DNA of 64,000 bases from Mobula hypostoma (Eukaryota): positions 153,514,001 through 153,578,000 of the forward strand of contig NC_086097.1 of the NCBI RefSeq assembly GCF_963921235.1, written 5' to 3'. Shown one piece after another: positions 1 to 11,590 of this stretch. Below the pieces are notes generated by a model. That model was given only the letters and a program-made list of their open reading frames with translations. It ran no database searches and had not been told where the DNA came from. The stretch's first letter is position 1; each line of letters opens with the position of its first letter. A program made the position numbers and the translations under genes.

Positions 1-178
1 TGTAATGTTGAAATTGTATAAGGCATTGGTAAGGCCAAATCTGGAGTATTGTGTACAGTTCTGGTCACTGAATTATAGGAAAGATGTCAATAAAATTGAG
101 AGAATACAGAGGAGATTTACTAAAACGTTGCCTGGGTTTCATCTCCTAAATTACAGAGATAGATTGAACATGTTAGGT

Positions 179-760
179 TAAGGCATGGATTTATACACAT
201 CGGGAGAACCGGACGTTTATACACAGCGGGAGCACCGGACGTTTTTAATTCCACATCCCATTCCCATTCTGATATGTCTATCCATGGCCTCCTCTACTGT
301 CAAGATGAAGCCACACTCAGGTTGGCTCATATTCCGTCTGGGTAGCCTCCAACCTGATGGCATGAACATTGATTTCTCAAACTTTCGCTAATGCCCCACC
401 TCCCCCTCGTACCCCATCCGTTATTTATTTATATACACACATTCTTTTTCTCTCTCTCCTTTTTCTCCCTCTGTCCTTCTGACTCTGGGTTTTCCCCCCA
501 CCTCCCCCTTGTCTTTCTCCCTGAGTCTTCCTCATATCCCCTTTGCCAATCACCTGTCCAGCTCTTAGCTCCATCCCTCCCCCTCCTGTCTTCTCCTATC
601 ATTTTGGATCTCCCCCTCCCCCTCCCACTTTCAAATCTCTTACTAGCTCTTCTTTCAGTTAGTCCTGACGAAGGGTCTCGGCCCGAAACATCGACTGTAC
701 CTCTTCCTAGAGATGGTGCCTGGCCTGCTGCGTTCACCAGCAACTTTGATGTGTGTTGCT
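179..760 (+). mobile_element. Penelope-like element (PLE) 3' fragment with 15-bp TSD
   Basis: GIY-YIG C-terminal motif FNSTSHSHSDMSIHGL...LIFRLGSLQPDGMNIDFSNF; pyrimidine-rich UTR; hammerhead motif; TSD ttgaacatgttaggt (164-178) / ttgaacaagttaggt (760-774). Confidence 0.85.
661..696 (+). ncRNA. Minimal type I hammerhead ribozyme motif (PLE-associated)
   Basis: AGTC-CTGACGA-A-GGGT(CTCG)GCCC-GAAAC-ATC-GACT: core CUGANGA/GAAA, stem II, helix I AGTC/GACT; sister copies have a GTC cleavage triplet. Confidence 0.75.
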
Positions 761-1185
761 TGAACAAGTTAGGTCTTTATTCGTTGGAGCATAGAAGGTA
801 GAGGGGGGACTTGATAGAGGTATTTAAAATTATGAGGGGGATAGATAGAGTTCACGTGCATAGGCTTTTTCTGTCCAGAGTGGCAGAGATTCAAACAAGA
901 GGACATGAGTTGCGAGTTAAAGGGCAAAAGTTTAGGGGTAACATGAGGGGGAAGTTCCTTACTCAGAGAGTGGTAGCTGTGTGGAATGAACTTCCAGCAG
1001 AAGTGGCTGAGACAGGTTCGATGTTGTCATTTAACATTGAATTGGATAGATATATGGAGGAAAGGAATGGAGGGTTATGGGCTGAGTGCAAGTCGGTGGG
1101 ACTAGGTGAGAGTAAGAGTTTGGCACGGACTAGAAGGGGTGAGATGGCCTGTTTCCATGTTGTAATTGTTATATGGTTATATGGA

Positions 1186-3554
1186 TTAGTGAAAATGCCG
1201 GATTACTGAAGGATCACATTAAGCATTAGCTAACCACCTTATCATACTTCTAAAATATCATGTAAATCGGAACAAGTTAGATAATAATGAAACAGAAATA
1301 TCAAATGAGTAGCAAGTGAAATTTTAATAAAGTAATATACTATACAGGCACAGATAAAATAAAAAGTATAGGTAAATGTACTGGAATTAATTTATACAGA
1401 AAAGTTGAGCACTTCCCACTTCTAAAGTGAGAAGTTTAATATACCTTCAGGCAAAGTTACATGTTTGCAAGTGTGGGGTTGTTAGGATCATCAACATCTT
1501 CATTTTGAAAATGAGTGAAGCAGCAGGAACTGGTGCTGAAACTGGTTGGTGGCAGCACATCTGGGTGAGCAGAAGTTGATGGCACTGGATTTTGAAGTGT
1601 TAGCTCCCCTGTTGCACTTTTTCTAGCAATTTTTTTGAACATATCTTCCAAGGTAAGCTGTTTTGTATATTTTGGTCTCTCTCTGATTAGCTTATCCTGC
1701 AGCATATAAACACTCATTATTTCTTACTCAGTTATAAAACTTTGTTGCTCTAATCCTTTCAGCATTCACCTGTCAACTTAATTAGCCTGTCAATAGAAAG
1801 TCTGTCTGCTACAACTTCCTTATCTTCATCACTGCTTTCTCCTCCAATTTCTTCCTTCCCCGGATGTACAACCATCTGCACAATTTCCAAGTCAGTATAA
1901 TGATGAACAGTAGGCTCATCCTCATCTATATTCATCCGTTCTTCAACATTGCCATCATTGAACCTTGATGCAAGATCCTTGGCAGCAGCATTAGTTAGCT
2001 CTTGAGCAAAAGAAAGCTGTTCATGTATAATCTGTTTTTCCTTGGAAACTCTAAAGCCTGTAAAGTCATTTCTAGTGTCTTCACCCGGTGCAGACTCAAA
2101 CATTAAATCTGGCCATAATTTATGCCAATCATTCCTCAGTGTGGATGGCTCTACAGACCTCCAAGTATTAGCAGCACAGTAAATCATCTTTTTCATATTA
2201 AAACCCTTTATAAATTCCTTTACTGCTCTGCCAGCATTAACTGGACTCTAAAGGCACCTCATAAAAAGGGAACAGTACTTCGACTTGAGAGAATGTAATA
2301 TGCCATTGTCCAGGGGTTGAATTAATCAGGTACAGTTAGGTGGCAGGAAGATACCAAAAACATTGTTTTTATCAGGAGTTCTGTTTTTGGGTGTGCTGAA
2401 CAGTTGTCTAAAACAAGAATTATCTTACAGTTGTGGTGCAGGCTAACAGAGTTACAGTGAGCTCATGCTTCAGGAACGAAATAATTTTCAAACCATTCTA
2501 GTGTGATGCTAGTTGTAAGCCATCTGCTTTTGTTAGCACAGTAAATTACAGGAAATTGCGTCATACCTTTGAAGGCCCTGGGACGTAAACCTTAGCCAAT
2601 GACCAGTAACTTACATCTATGGGTTCCTGCAGCATTTGGGCAGCCTAGCAAAGTCACATGATCTCTCGATGCCTTATACCCTGCTGGCAATTCTGCATCT
2701 GCTGTTGTTAGTGTTCTTCCTGGTGTACATCTCCAATACAAAGTAGTCTCATCAGCATTGTACACCTGCTCAGGGCTTAATTTTTCATCGGAGACTAACT
2801 TGGCGAACTCATCAACAAACTTTGCTGCTGCTTCCTTGTCTGTTGAACTTTTTTCACCACACACCGCACTAAACTGTAAGCCGTGACGCTGCTTGACCCA
2901 ATGAAGCCAGCCTTCGCTATAGTCGCACTCATAACCTAGCCCTAGTTCTTCATGAAACACTTTGGCTTGTTCCTTCACCATATCTCCAGATAGTTCAACA
3001 CCTTCACTTACACAAAGATTAAACTACGTTATCAGCACTTTACCTAGTTCCAAACTTCTTCCGTCTTTCATTGTTTTTCTTACGCACATCTGTTTCTTTG
3101 AGCCACTATCAGCAAAAAAATGTAGCAGTTTTTCTTTCTGTTTCTTTATATCGTACACTGTGGAAGAGCCAATATTGTAACACTTGTACAAGCTTTTCAC
3201 CAATACACCACTGTCCAGTTTTTTCAAGAGTTCAACCTTATCTTTAATGGATAATGTGTGGTGTTTTCACTTCAAAGCACGAGGTGCATTTCCTTTACTC
3301 ACTGGGGCCATAATTGGGGCCAAAAAAGAGCAAATGGTATTAATAAATGCAGGAAAACAAGCAGGAATCGCCTGTCTGTGCTTACAAGAGTGGGCCAACG
3401 TGTGAACAGATCTAGCGCAACCAAAACAATGCGCAGCAGATTGGTACGGTGGCCCAGGAAATTTGAAATTACAGTTGCACGGAAAATTTGAAATCGGTGC
3501 CGGATTATCGAAGGTGCCAGATTACAGGTAATCGGATTAGTGAAGGTCGACCTG
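1186..3554 (-). mobile_element. Tigger/pogo-like DNA transposon
   Basis: Right terminus reads TA-CAGGTCGACCTTCACTAATCCG on the minus strand; subterminal ggattagtgaa/ccggatta repeats near both ends; left TIR not seen (the CR1 abuts this end). Confidence 0.85.
1457..3311 (-). pseudogene. Disrupted pogo/Tigger (CENP-B/JRK-like) transposase
   Basis: Fragments: HTH LKKLDSGV..YNIGSSTVYDIKK; CENPB HTH YSEGWLHWVKQRHG; DDE_1 QVYNADETTLYW, LLGCPNAAGTHRCKLLVIG; frameshifts and stops. Confidence 0.88.
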
Positions 3555-4079
3555 TATTACAAAAGCTGTTTTATACAATTTCAATGACATTTTAACTTGT
3601 AGCTTTGTTTTATATTTAACCAAATTGACCATGACCAAATTCTGGACAGTCATTACCAGAATAACTTCTGCTTAAAATTTCTCTGTGAACTTCAATTTTA
3701 ACTTTACCTGCTTTATACACACATGGCTTTTGGGACCTATTTGTGACTCATTGGTAATTTTTGTTTTGAACAGCATACTTGTTTCAAAAATACTATTCTA
3801 AATGTATGGGTTTTACAGTTCTTTGATCCAATAAATATGGAAATGGAACAGTGCACATGTTAGGGGTAAGCATGGAGATGTCCACAAGGGATATGTTATG
3901 TTCATGGACAGTCTGGCCACTGGGCCAAAGCAACTTTGATAACAGTTTCCAGCCTTACCACCAGCAGCACCATAGACTCAGCAGTTTAAATTATCTGTTC
4001 CTGAACTATACTGAAGAACTTGTACAATTTTAATTGGGCCCACTGTAAAATGTCACCTGCTGTAAGCCTACATGAAATC

Positions 4080-4505
4080 TTCCTTTGATGGCTTTTCCTT
4101 CTGATCTGATACTGGAAAAATTGTTAGTGGAAAATCCATGTGGAAGTACGGTGCATGAAATTCATATAGCAGCCAAAGCAGCACAGCTACCTTCCATCCT
4201 GTTGTGTTCCAGAAGATGAACCTCTTACCTTCACAAAAGCTTACACCTTTGCAGCTAGTGCTGCTGTAAATAATTACACCCAATCTCCTTATGTCTTAGC
4301 ACATGACACGGAAGAATAATAGAAACTCCGTGGGTTTGTCACCTCTTTGGAACTCCGATAAAACACAGTGAATTGGCTATGAATCTCTTCCTGTTTTCAA
4401 TTACTTACTGCAATTGCTGTTATAAATTATGTGGCTCATACTAATGGAAAGGATGAAATAACTAGAGGGAACAAACGAGCTGACTATTTTGCTAAACCAG
4501 CAACA
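4080..4505 (+). pseudogene. pol: Retroviral RNase H relic
   Basis: Manual translation: F-DG..; TFTKAYTFAASAAVNNYT; RGFVTS-GTPIKH; AIAVINYVAHTNGKDEITRGNKRADYFAK. Confidence 0.85.
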
Positions 4506-4659
4506 ACACATCTTTATGGCAACATAGCACTCCAATCTGATCTGTTTACCAATACTTTCCAAATTCCTTTGATGAACTAGTACAATTACGGCGTGATGCA
4601 TCAGAGGCTGAGAGGACTAAAACACACTATGTGCAAAACTATAAAGGGTGATGGGCATA

Positions 4660-6190
4660 TAGTGTCTATAAAAAGTATTCGTGCTCCCACTTTGAAGTTT
4701 TCATATTTCATTGTTTTACAGTTTTGAATCACTGAAGATTTAATTTGGCTTTTTTCACACTGATCAACAGGAAAGATTTTTGTGTCAAAGTGAAAACAAA
4801 TTTCTACAAATTGGTCTAAATTTATTACAATTATTAAACACAAAATAATTGCATAATACTCACCCCCTTCAAGCTAGTATTTGAGCAATTACAGCCTTGA
4901 GTCTGTGTGGACAGCTTTGCATATCTGGACACTGCAAGTTTTCCTCATTCTTCTTTACAAAAGTGCTCAATCTCTGGCAGATTGCAGGGGATCATGAGTG
5001 AACAGCCCTTTTTAAGTCCTGCCACAAATTGGATTGAGATTTGGACTCTGATTTGGCCATTCCAGGACATTAACTTGGTTGTTTTAAGCCATTCCTGTGT
5101 AGCTTTGCCTTCATGCTTGGGGTCATTATCTCGCTGGAAAACAAATCTTCTCCCAAGTCACAGTTCTCTTGCAGACTACATCAGGTTTTCCTCCAGGATT
5201 TCCCTGTATTTTGCTGCATTCATTTTACTCTCTACCTTCACAAGCCTTCCAGGGCTTTCTTCAATGAAGTATCCCCACAGCGTGACGCAGCCACCACTAT
5301 TCTTCACATGGTGTGTATTTGATAATGTGCGGTGTTTGGCTTATGCTAAACATAGCATTCAGTCTGATGGCCAAAAAGCTCAATTTTGGTTTCATCAGAC
5401 CATAGAACCTTCTTCCAACTGACTTCAGAGTCCCACACGCCTTCTGGCAAACTTGAGCTGAGATTTCATATCAGTTTGTTTTTCCAACAGTGGCTTTCTC
5501 TTTGCCACTCTCCCATAAAACTGCAACTAGTGAAGCACCTGGGCAACACCTGTATGTGCAGTCTCTCCCATCTCAGTCACTGAAGCTTGTAACTCCTCCA
5601 GAGTTGTCGTTGGTCTCTTGTTGGCCTCCCTCATTACTCCCTTTCCTACACAGTCACTCAGTTTTTGAGGACAGCCTGCTGTAGGCAGATTTACAGCTCT
5701 ACCATATTCTTTCCATTTCTTGATGATTGACTCAACTGCTCCAAGTGATATTCAGTGACTTGGAATTTTTCTTGAATCCATCCCCTGACTTGTGCTTTTC
5801 AATAACCTTTTCATTAAGTTGCTTGAAGTGTTCTTTTGGCTTCATGGTGTAGTTTTTGTCAGGATTCTGACTCACCAGCAATCAGACCTTTCACATACAA
5901 GAGTATTTTTGCTAGAATGGTGATTTCCATTTGGCCAATTTTGTGACTTCTAAGACTAATTGGTCAAATTAAAGGGGGTGAATACTTATGCAATCAATTA
6001 TTTTGTGTTTTGTATTTATAATGAATTTGGATCACTTTGTAGAGATCTGTTTTCACTTTGACACAAATGAGTCTTTTTCTGTTGATCACTGTCAAAAAAG
6101 CCAAATTGAATCAATTGTGAATCAATGCTATAAAACCTCAAAACATGCAAAATTCTAAGGGAGAGGGGTGAATACTTTTTATAGGCATTG
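4660..6190 (-). mobile_element. Tc1-like transposon (long TIRs, decayed transposase)
   Basis: TA-flanked TIR tagtgtctataaaaagtattc / gaatactttttataggcattg-TA; ~200-bp IR/DR ends; homologous to 37479-39103. Confidence 0.9.
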
Positions 6191-6299
6191 TAATTGAATA
6201 TGAGAGATTATCGACCATAACAAGAAAAGTAGCAACAACTGAATGATTTACCAGAGACTTAATTGCAAAAGACACTGCTGGTATCTGCTGCTGCTGGAC

Positions 6300-7068
6300 A
6301 CTTCCACTGGAGGTTACTTGTACATTTCCAAATAGAATTTCTCCAGTTACATAAATGTATGGGTTGTGATTATGCACCTGTTATTGTGTTGTTATCTCCA
6401 TGGGGAGAGGCTTATCAAACTTAGAGAAACGTTGCTGCATCTGTCGTGAAATTTTGTTAGAAGAATTTATTCCTCGGTTAGGATCCCTGAGAAAAATTTC
6501 ATGATAACTATCCTCACTTTATGGGTAAAGTTATATAGGAACTAACAAAGGCCTTATAGTGCAAGTATCATTTCACCTGTCCTTACCACCATCAATCTTA
6601 TAGGGCAGCTGAATAATGAAACAGAGCCTTGCAAAACGGGTTAGCTGAATTGCACAATGAGATCAAGCTAAAATGGTCTGAGGCACTTGCACTGGCCCTC
6701 ATAACAATGTGCTGCACTTTAAGCTGCAAAGTGGGCCAATCTCCACCAGATAGTTTTGGGATGTCCCATTTGCTTGCCGGTCATTCCTCATGTTTTGGAT
6801 AAACAGATAGGCATCCATATTATGAGTGAATACACAGTGCATGATTGTACTGCACAAACACAAGCTCTGAAAAGCTTCCATCGACAGGTACTTCAAACAA
6901 GAAGATGATGCTAGTTGCAGAGTGCCACACCTACTAGCTGGGAAATTGGGTACTTGTGAGAGCCTACAGATGAAAGAACTGCCTGGGGCCCAGCTGGGAA
7001 GGAGCATTCCGAGTGTTTCTGATAAAGGTCCAAGGAAAGCTGATGTGGATGCACAGTTTGCATGTTAA
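6300..7068 (+). pseudogene. pol: Retroviral integrase relic (core and C-terminal domain)
   Basis: HFQIEFLQL..CMGCDY..VIV; WGEAYQT; LEEFIPRLG-PEKIS-DNYPHF; FTCPYHHQS; KLKWSEALALAL; GNWVLVR..LGPSWEGAFRVFL..KVQGKLMWMHSLHV. Confidence 0.85.
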
Positions 7069-7558
7069 TCCGGAGGTGCTACCAGGCCAGGGAACAGGTG
7101 GCCAGAACATCGCTGATGATAAGGACTGATGAACTGAACACTTGATCTTTGCTACTTGTCAATTTAAGTAATCTCTCTGCATTATAAGTTTTGGATTATC
7201 TGGACATCTAATTCTACCTAAATGCAGATGTATCTTACGACAGTAATAGTACTAACCCTTCTCTTTGTTTCGTTATGAATATGCATCATGTACTAACCAG
7301 TCAGGTTGTTGGATGTGTTGTAGAGAGAGCCAATAGATTCAGAAGTTGGACTGCCAATGCATTTATACCCCTGGATTGTAGTGAGTTTGATTTTGTGTTT
7401 TACTTTGATAACAAAATTAGAACTGTAAAGGGAGCACACAGGAATGACGCTAACCAATGCAAATAATTTGAGACATAGAATCAACCTACTTATATTGATT
7501 GCATAACCTTCCTGCTCCAAAACTGCTTCATGGAGATAAGGGTGAAGTATGTTAATGT

Positions 7559-8039
7559 CCTGAACAGACTGCAGAAAATAGCCAAAAGGGTATATCCCGA
7601 GTCTCAGTGCAGTTTCAGGTCGGAACGGTCCATAATCGACATGATCTTCTCCCTTCGACAGCTACAAGAGAAATGCAGAGAGCAAAGACAACCATTCTAC
7701 GTCGCTTTCATTGACCTTACGAAGGCCTTCGACCTTGTGAGCAGAGGTGGGAGGACGTCGCAAGCAATCGCTCTCACTGGAGGCTGGAACTACGCAGAGG
7801 TCTAAAAAGAGGAGAAGAGAAGCTGAGGCTTGCTGCTGAAGAAAAGCGCGCTCATCGGAAAAACAACACCAAGACAACACTGGAGGACAGCGCCTTCAAG
7901 TGCAGTCGCTGCAGCCGAGACTGTCACTCCCGTGAGGGCCTCTACAGCCACAACGGATGCTGCTCTAACACGGACTGAAGCAAGACTTTCCAGGCGCAGA
8001 TCCATGGTCTCGCGAGACTAATGGATGCCACCACCACCA
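7559..8039 (+). mobile_element. Internally deleted RTE-clade LINE with 10-bp TSD
   Basis: PESQCSFRSERSIIDMIFSLRQLQEKCREQ..FIDLTKAFDLVSR joined directly to C-terminal FKCSRCSRDCHSREGLYSH; (CCA)n tail; TSD ATGTTAATGT 7549-7558 / 8040-8049. Confidence 0.9.
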
Positions 8040-8099
8040 ATGTTAATGTAACCATCAAAGGGCGGAACTAACTTAGGTTAAGTACATGCAATGTCTATA

Positions 8100-8268
8100 C
8101 CACTGGTGATCCTCCAAATCCTGATAATGTTACTTACTGGATGCGTGGCCAACGGACCTATCACTGACTACCAGGAATACCTCTTCTAAATGGGATGTTT
8201 GGCCTAAACCAAAGCCACAGAGGGGTTTTTGTTATCTGGCCAACATACAGTAGATGTACAACTCCTTA

Positions 8269-8304
<36 letters not shown>

Positions 8305-8630
8305 ATCCCACTGTGTGGGGAAGGACTATGGAGAGTGAGTGTATCTGGATTGCAGTGCTCCTGTTTTAAGAACCCGCCAGACTGCCTCATGAAACTGTTA
8401 ATATGGCCTCAGTCCTACTGGAGAAATGGTTAATGATACAACCTTATCACTATGTCACACAAGCCAGGTCATCAATGACATTACTGCCGAAATGCTGGCC
8501 ATCCACACTGTGGCCCTTCAAAGTCAACTAGCAGTAGACTTTCTGTTGTCTAAGAGAGGTGGTAATGGTTCCATTATTAGCCAGGAGTGTTGCACGTATG
8601 TCCCTGATATCAACAGCCGAATATCATGGA
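8100..8630 (+). pseudogene. env: Retroviral env relic (SU end and TM ectodomain)
   Basis: TYWMRGQRTYH*LP (WxCGxxxYxxLP-like); heptad repeat then ISD-like ALQSQLAVDFLLSKRGG and decayed CX6CC ...IISQECCTYVPDINS. Confidence 0.85.
8271..8302. repeat. (CT)16 microsatellite
   Basis: Direct reading. Confidence 0.95.
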
Positions 8631-8700
8631 GATTCAGAGACTCTGTACTTTTGAAATACAATAAATTTATGTTGTACTCTATAGAACAAAGAGGAGGGAC

Positions 8701-9260
8701 CGTGGAAGTTGCAATATGTGTTAAAGACAACATCCAGCCAAGGATGACTGTGGCAGCATGTGTTCAAACCCAGATATGAAAAACCTTTGAAGTAAGACCG
8801 CCGTAGGCAGTCTTGTTTACTGCAGACAGATATAGCAGATGATGACTGTGGCCGTGTGTAATCAACCTAGAAGAACATAGCTTCTCTTTACACAGTAGAT
8901 GGTGCTGGAGACAGATAGATAGGAGTAATGGAAGGATGTGAAATACACCCAACAAATAAAGGACAATTGCTTTACCAACTTCCAGGTGTCAGATTGCAGT
9001 TTCTATTAACTTCTAATATCTCTATTGTGAATGGTGATTGATTTTGCAAGTACAGAATTTAATCATACACAATTTAGTAAATGGTCAAGATCCATAACTG
9101 ATAATCCAATTCTGTATAAAAATAGCAGTTTTCTGATATGTCTTCAGAACAGTGAGGATGACAGGAGCCATGTTGTGCACAAGTAAAATGCTTGAATCTG
9201 AAGTCTGAGTATGTCTTGGGCCCATTTTTCTATTATCGGTGATGAGATCTCCTTATAACT
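8701..9260 (+). repeat. Probable 3' LTR of the class I ERV
   Basis: PPT AAAGAGGAGGGAC 8688-8700 followed by CGTGG (decayed TG start); TATAAAAA ~9115; AGTAAA ~9182; end approximate. Confidence 0.6.
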
Positions 9261-9261
9261 A

Positions 9262-10250
9262 AAGCCATCCATCCAGGCAACATCCTGGTAAATCTCTTAT
9301 GAACCCTCCTCAGTGCAATAATCTCTGTCCTATAGTGTTTTCATTGAACTGTGCACTATATTCCAGCTCTGGCCTCATCAAACTTTTATAAAATGTGTCT
9401 TGACCACCATTCTCTGCGCAAGATAATGAAGACTGGCAACCCTTATCGTTCATATTATTTCTATGCCTTCAGTATTGAAGGTCAACATCCCTTTTACCTT
9501 CTTCACCATCTTATGTACCTGCACTGCCATCTTTAGTGATCTATAGAGTACTACACCAAGATATCTATATTCTCCAATGTTTCCTCGGGACCTATCAGTC
9601 ATGGAGTAGATCCTACCCTCTGCGGATATCACAAAATTTGTCACCTTGCACCTTTTGGGATTGAATTCCATCTGCAATTGCTCATGGTAATTTACCAAAT
9701 GGTCAATATTGCATTTTAATGTAAGGCTCATTATCAACAACCCCACCAAATTTCATGCCATGCTTACTAATTGTACTTCCTATATTCATAATCATTAACG
9801 TATATGATAAAGTATAAGAGTCTCCATACCAATCACTAGTCACAAGTTTGCAATCAGCAAGGCAACCCCTCACTGTTATCCTTCTTTCTCTTACTATGAA
9901 GGCAATTTTGGAGCAAATTTGTCAACTTGCTGTGAATCCCATGGTCTCTCATATTTTGAACCAACCTTCCATTTAGGACCGACATCATTGTCCTTACTGA
10001 AGTCCATAAAAAATCTGCATGGACTACATCATTGGTAATGTTAGTGTAGTTTTGTACCTCTTCATAAACTTATTTAAATTAGTCAGACAGGATCTCCTGC
10101 AAACAATGCTGTGCTGACCATCCCCAATTAAATTCTACCTTTCCCAGTGTGTATTTATTCTGTCCCTCAGAATTATTTCCAATAACCTCCTACCACTAAT
10201 ATTGGACTCACAGATATGTAATTACCTGTCTTATTCCTGTTGTTCTTCTT
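9262..10250 (-). mobile_element. Degraded CR1 ORF2 (RT) fragment
   Basis: ORF 9450-9749 QMEFNPKRCKV..YLGVVLYRSLKMAVQVHKMVKK. Confidence 0.8.
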
Positions 10251-10890
10251 GAATTCAAGTACCGCAAATGTATCAATCCTTGAAAAGTAAATGTACTGTA
10301 ATTGGGAAAAGAAAGAAAGGGATTAGATGGACAGTGAAGATCAATCATTCAAAAATAGGCCCAATAAACATTTTCTTCAAGTCAGCATTTCAAAACTCAT
10401 TGCAATTCATATTATCGTCAGATAGATTGTTCATAGCAAAATGAATACTAATTCAGGAAGAATTTATATTTAGTTTTAACAACTGTGTTGAAAAGTTTCT
10501 CTGCAATTTCTGGTTATAAGAGCCATATACAGTGAAATCATTTGAATTTAGGCTCTTGCACCTCTTCAAGATCCATTACTGCTTGTAAAGAGGGATCTGA
10601 TCATAAGACTATTGATCCTCATTACAAATTATGAACTGGTGATTCGATTGAGGCATTTTAAATGTTCAAGGGATTATATAGGATTGTAACAGGATATTTT
10701 TTTTCTGTTTTGGAATTTATATAAACTCTTCTTTCAGTAGCCTCTCCTCAGAGGCTGGTGATGTTAAAACACAGACCTTGAATAAGGATATGAACATATT
10801 GCAAAGCTAAATCAGTGAATGGATGTGGTGCAGATCAGCCATCATCAAATTGAATAGTTGATTCATCTTAGGGATGAATAGCCTACATAA

Positions 10891-11590
10891 GGTTCGTCCA
10901 TCGTCATTGATGAAGACCTTGACACCATTAGTACTTTTTTTTTAACAAGGTTGAGTTGCGAGCTCGACACTTAACCTGGCACAGATGGAAAGCATGCCCA
11001 GGAGCGGCTCGACTGGATTTAAACTCGGGAACCTTCGCTCCTGGAGTCCGGTGCTGATGTCACTGTGCCACCAGCCAGCTGATGGTGTCGAGACTAGCGC
11101 TTGATTTGGATTTAAGTGAGGGAGAGTTGCTCAGCGTCAGCCTCACTCTCTCCCAATTCCCATCTGAGTCCAGTGGCAAGACAGATTCGAGATGGCTGGA
11201 GATGGGACTAGGCGCAGTGGATGACCAGGACATCTTCTGTGTCTCGTCCTGCTCTACACGTTCCACGACGCTTGCAGAGACCACCTTCTTGACCGTTGAA
11301 CCTTCCATTGATCTCATCCGCTCAATCTGCCGGAGTCTGTCTTCACATGCTGGGATAGACAACTCCCTATCTCACCGAGGGTTTAAGACCCGTCGGCTAC
11401 CCTCACCTGGTTTAGCCAGCTTGTCGAAGCCGTTGCCCGGGGTGTGGCCACTGTCGCATGCAAACAGCTACGGGGAGTCACAGGTGAGAGCTGAGTGCCA
11501 GGTGGGGACCAAAGGTGGACAAACCGCCCTGAAAAGGACGCCACATGTTCCCCCACCAGAGGTGCTACCCCTCCCTGACACCCCATACAC
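10891..11590 (-). mobile_element. Non-autonomous RTE derivative (5' UTR fused to 3' end)
   Basis: 5' end GGGGTGTCAGGGAGGGGTAGCACCTCTGGT and 3' end ..CTCACTTAAATCCAAATC..GGACGAAC resemble RTE termini as recalled (RTE1_Mars/MAR1 type); no coding middle. Confidence 0.65.
10935..11080 (-). mobile_element. tRNA-derived SINE nested in the RTE derivative
   Basis: A-box/B-box-like head (TGGCACAGTGAC, GAGTTTAAATC); GGTTGAGT..ACTTAACC hairpin; A-rich tail; homologous to 59500-59634. Confidence 0.8.

Larger units (their letters stand above)
1..1185 (+). mobile_element. CR1 LINE 3' end (RT C-terminus and 3' UTR), split by a Penelope-like insertion at 179-760
   Basis: LYKALVRPNLEYCVQFWS-type sequence at the start; ORF 811-1209 IEVFKIMRGIDRV...TRGHELRVKG...FLTQRVVAVWNELP is a typical CR1 ORF2 C-terminus. 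Confidence 0.9.
3850..9260 (+). mobile_element. Degraded class I (epsilon/gamma-like) endogenous retrovirus: pol 3' half, env, 3' LTR; interrupted by Tc1 and RTE
   Basis: Colinear RNase H, integrase, env TM, PPT and LTR motifs (see sub-features); 5' boundary uncertain. Confidence 0.85.

Noticed and set aside
1457..3311. Domesticated JRK/TIGD-like host gene
   Set aside because: Multiple frameshifts and stops plus a retained TIR indicate a dead transposon
8426..8779. Syncytin-like co-opted env ORF
   Set aside because: Short, with decayed ISD and CX6CC, no TM anchor, and interrupted upstream
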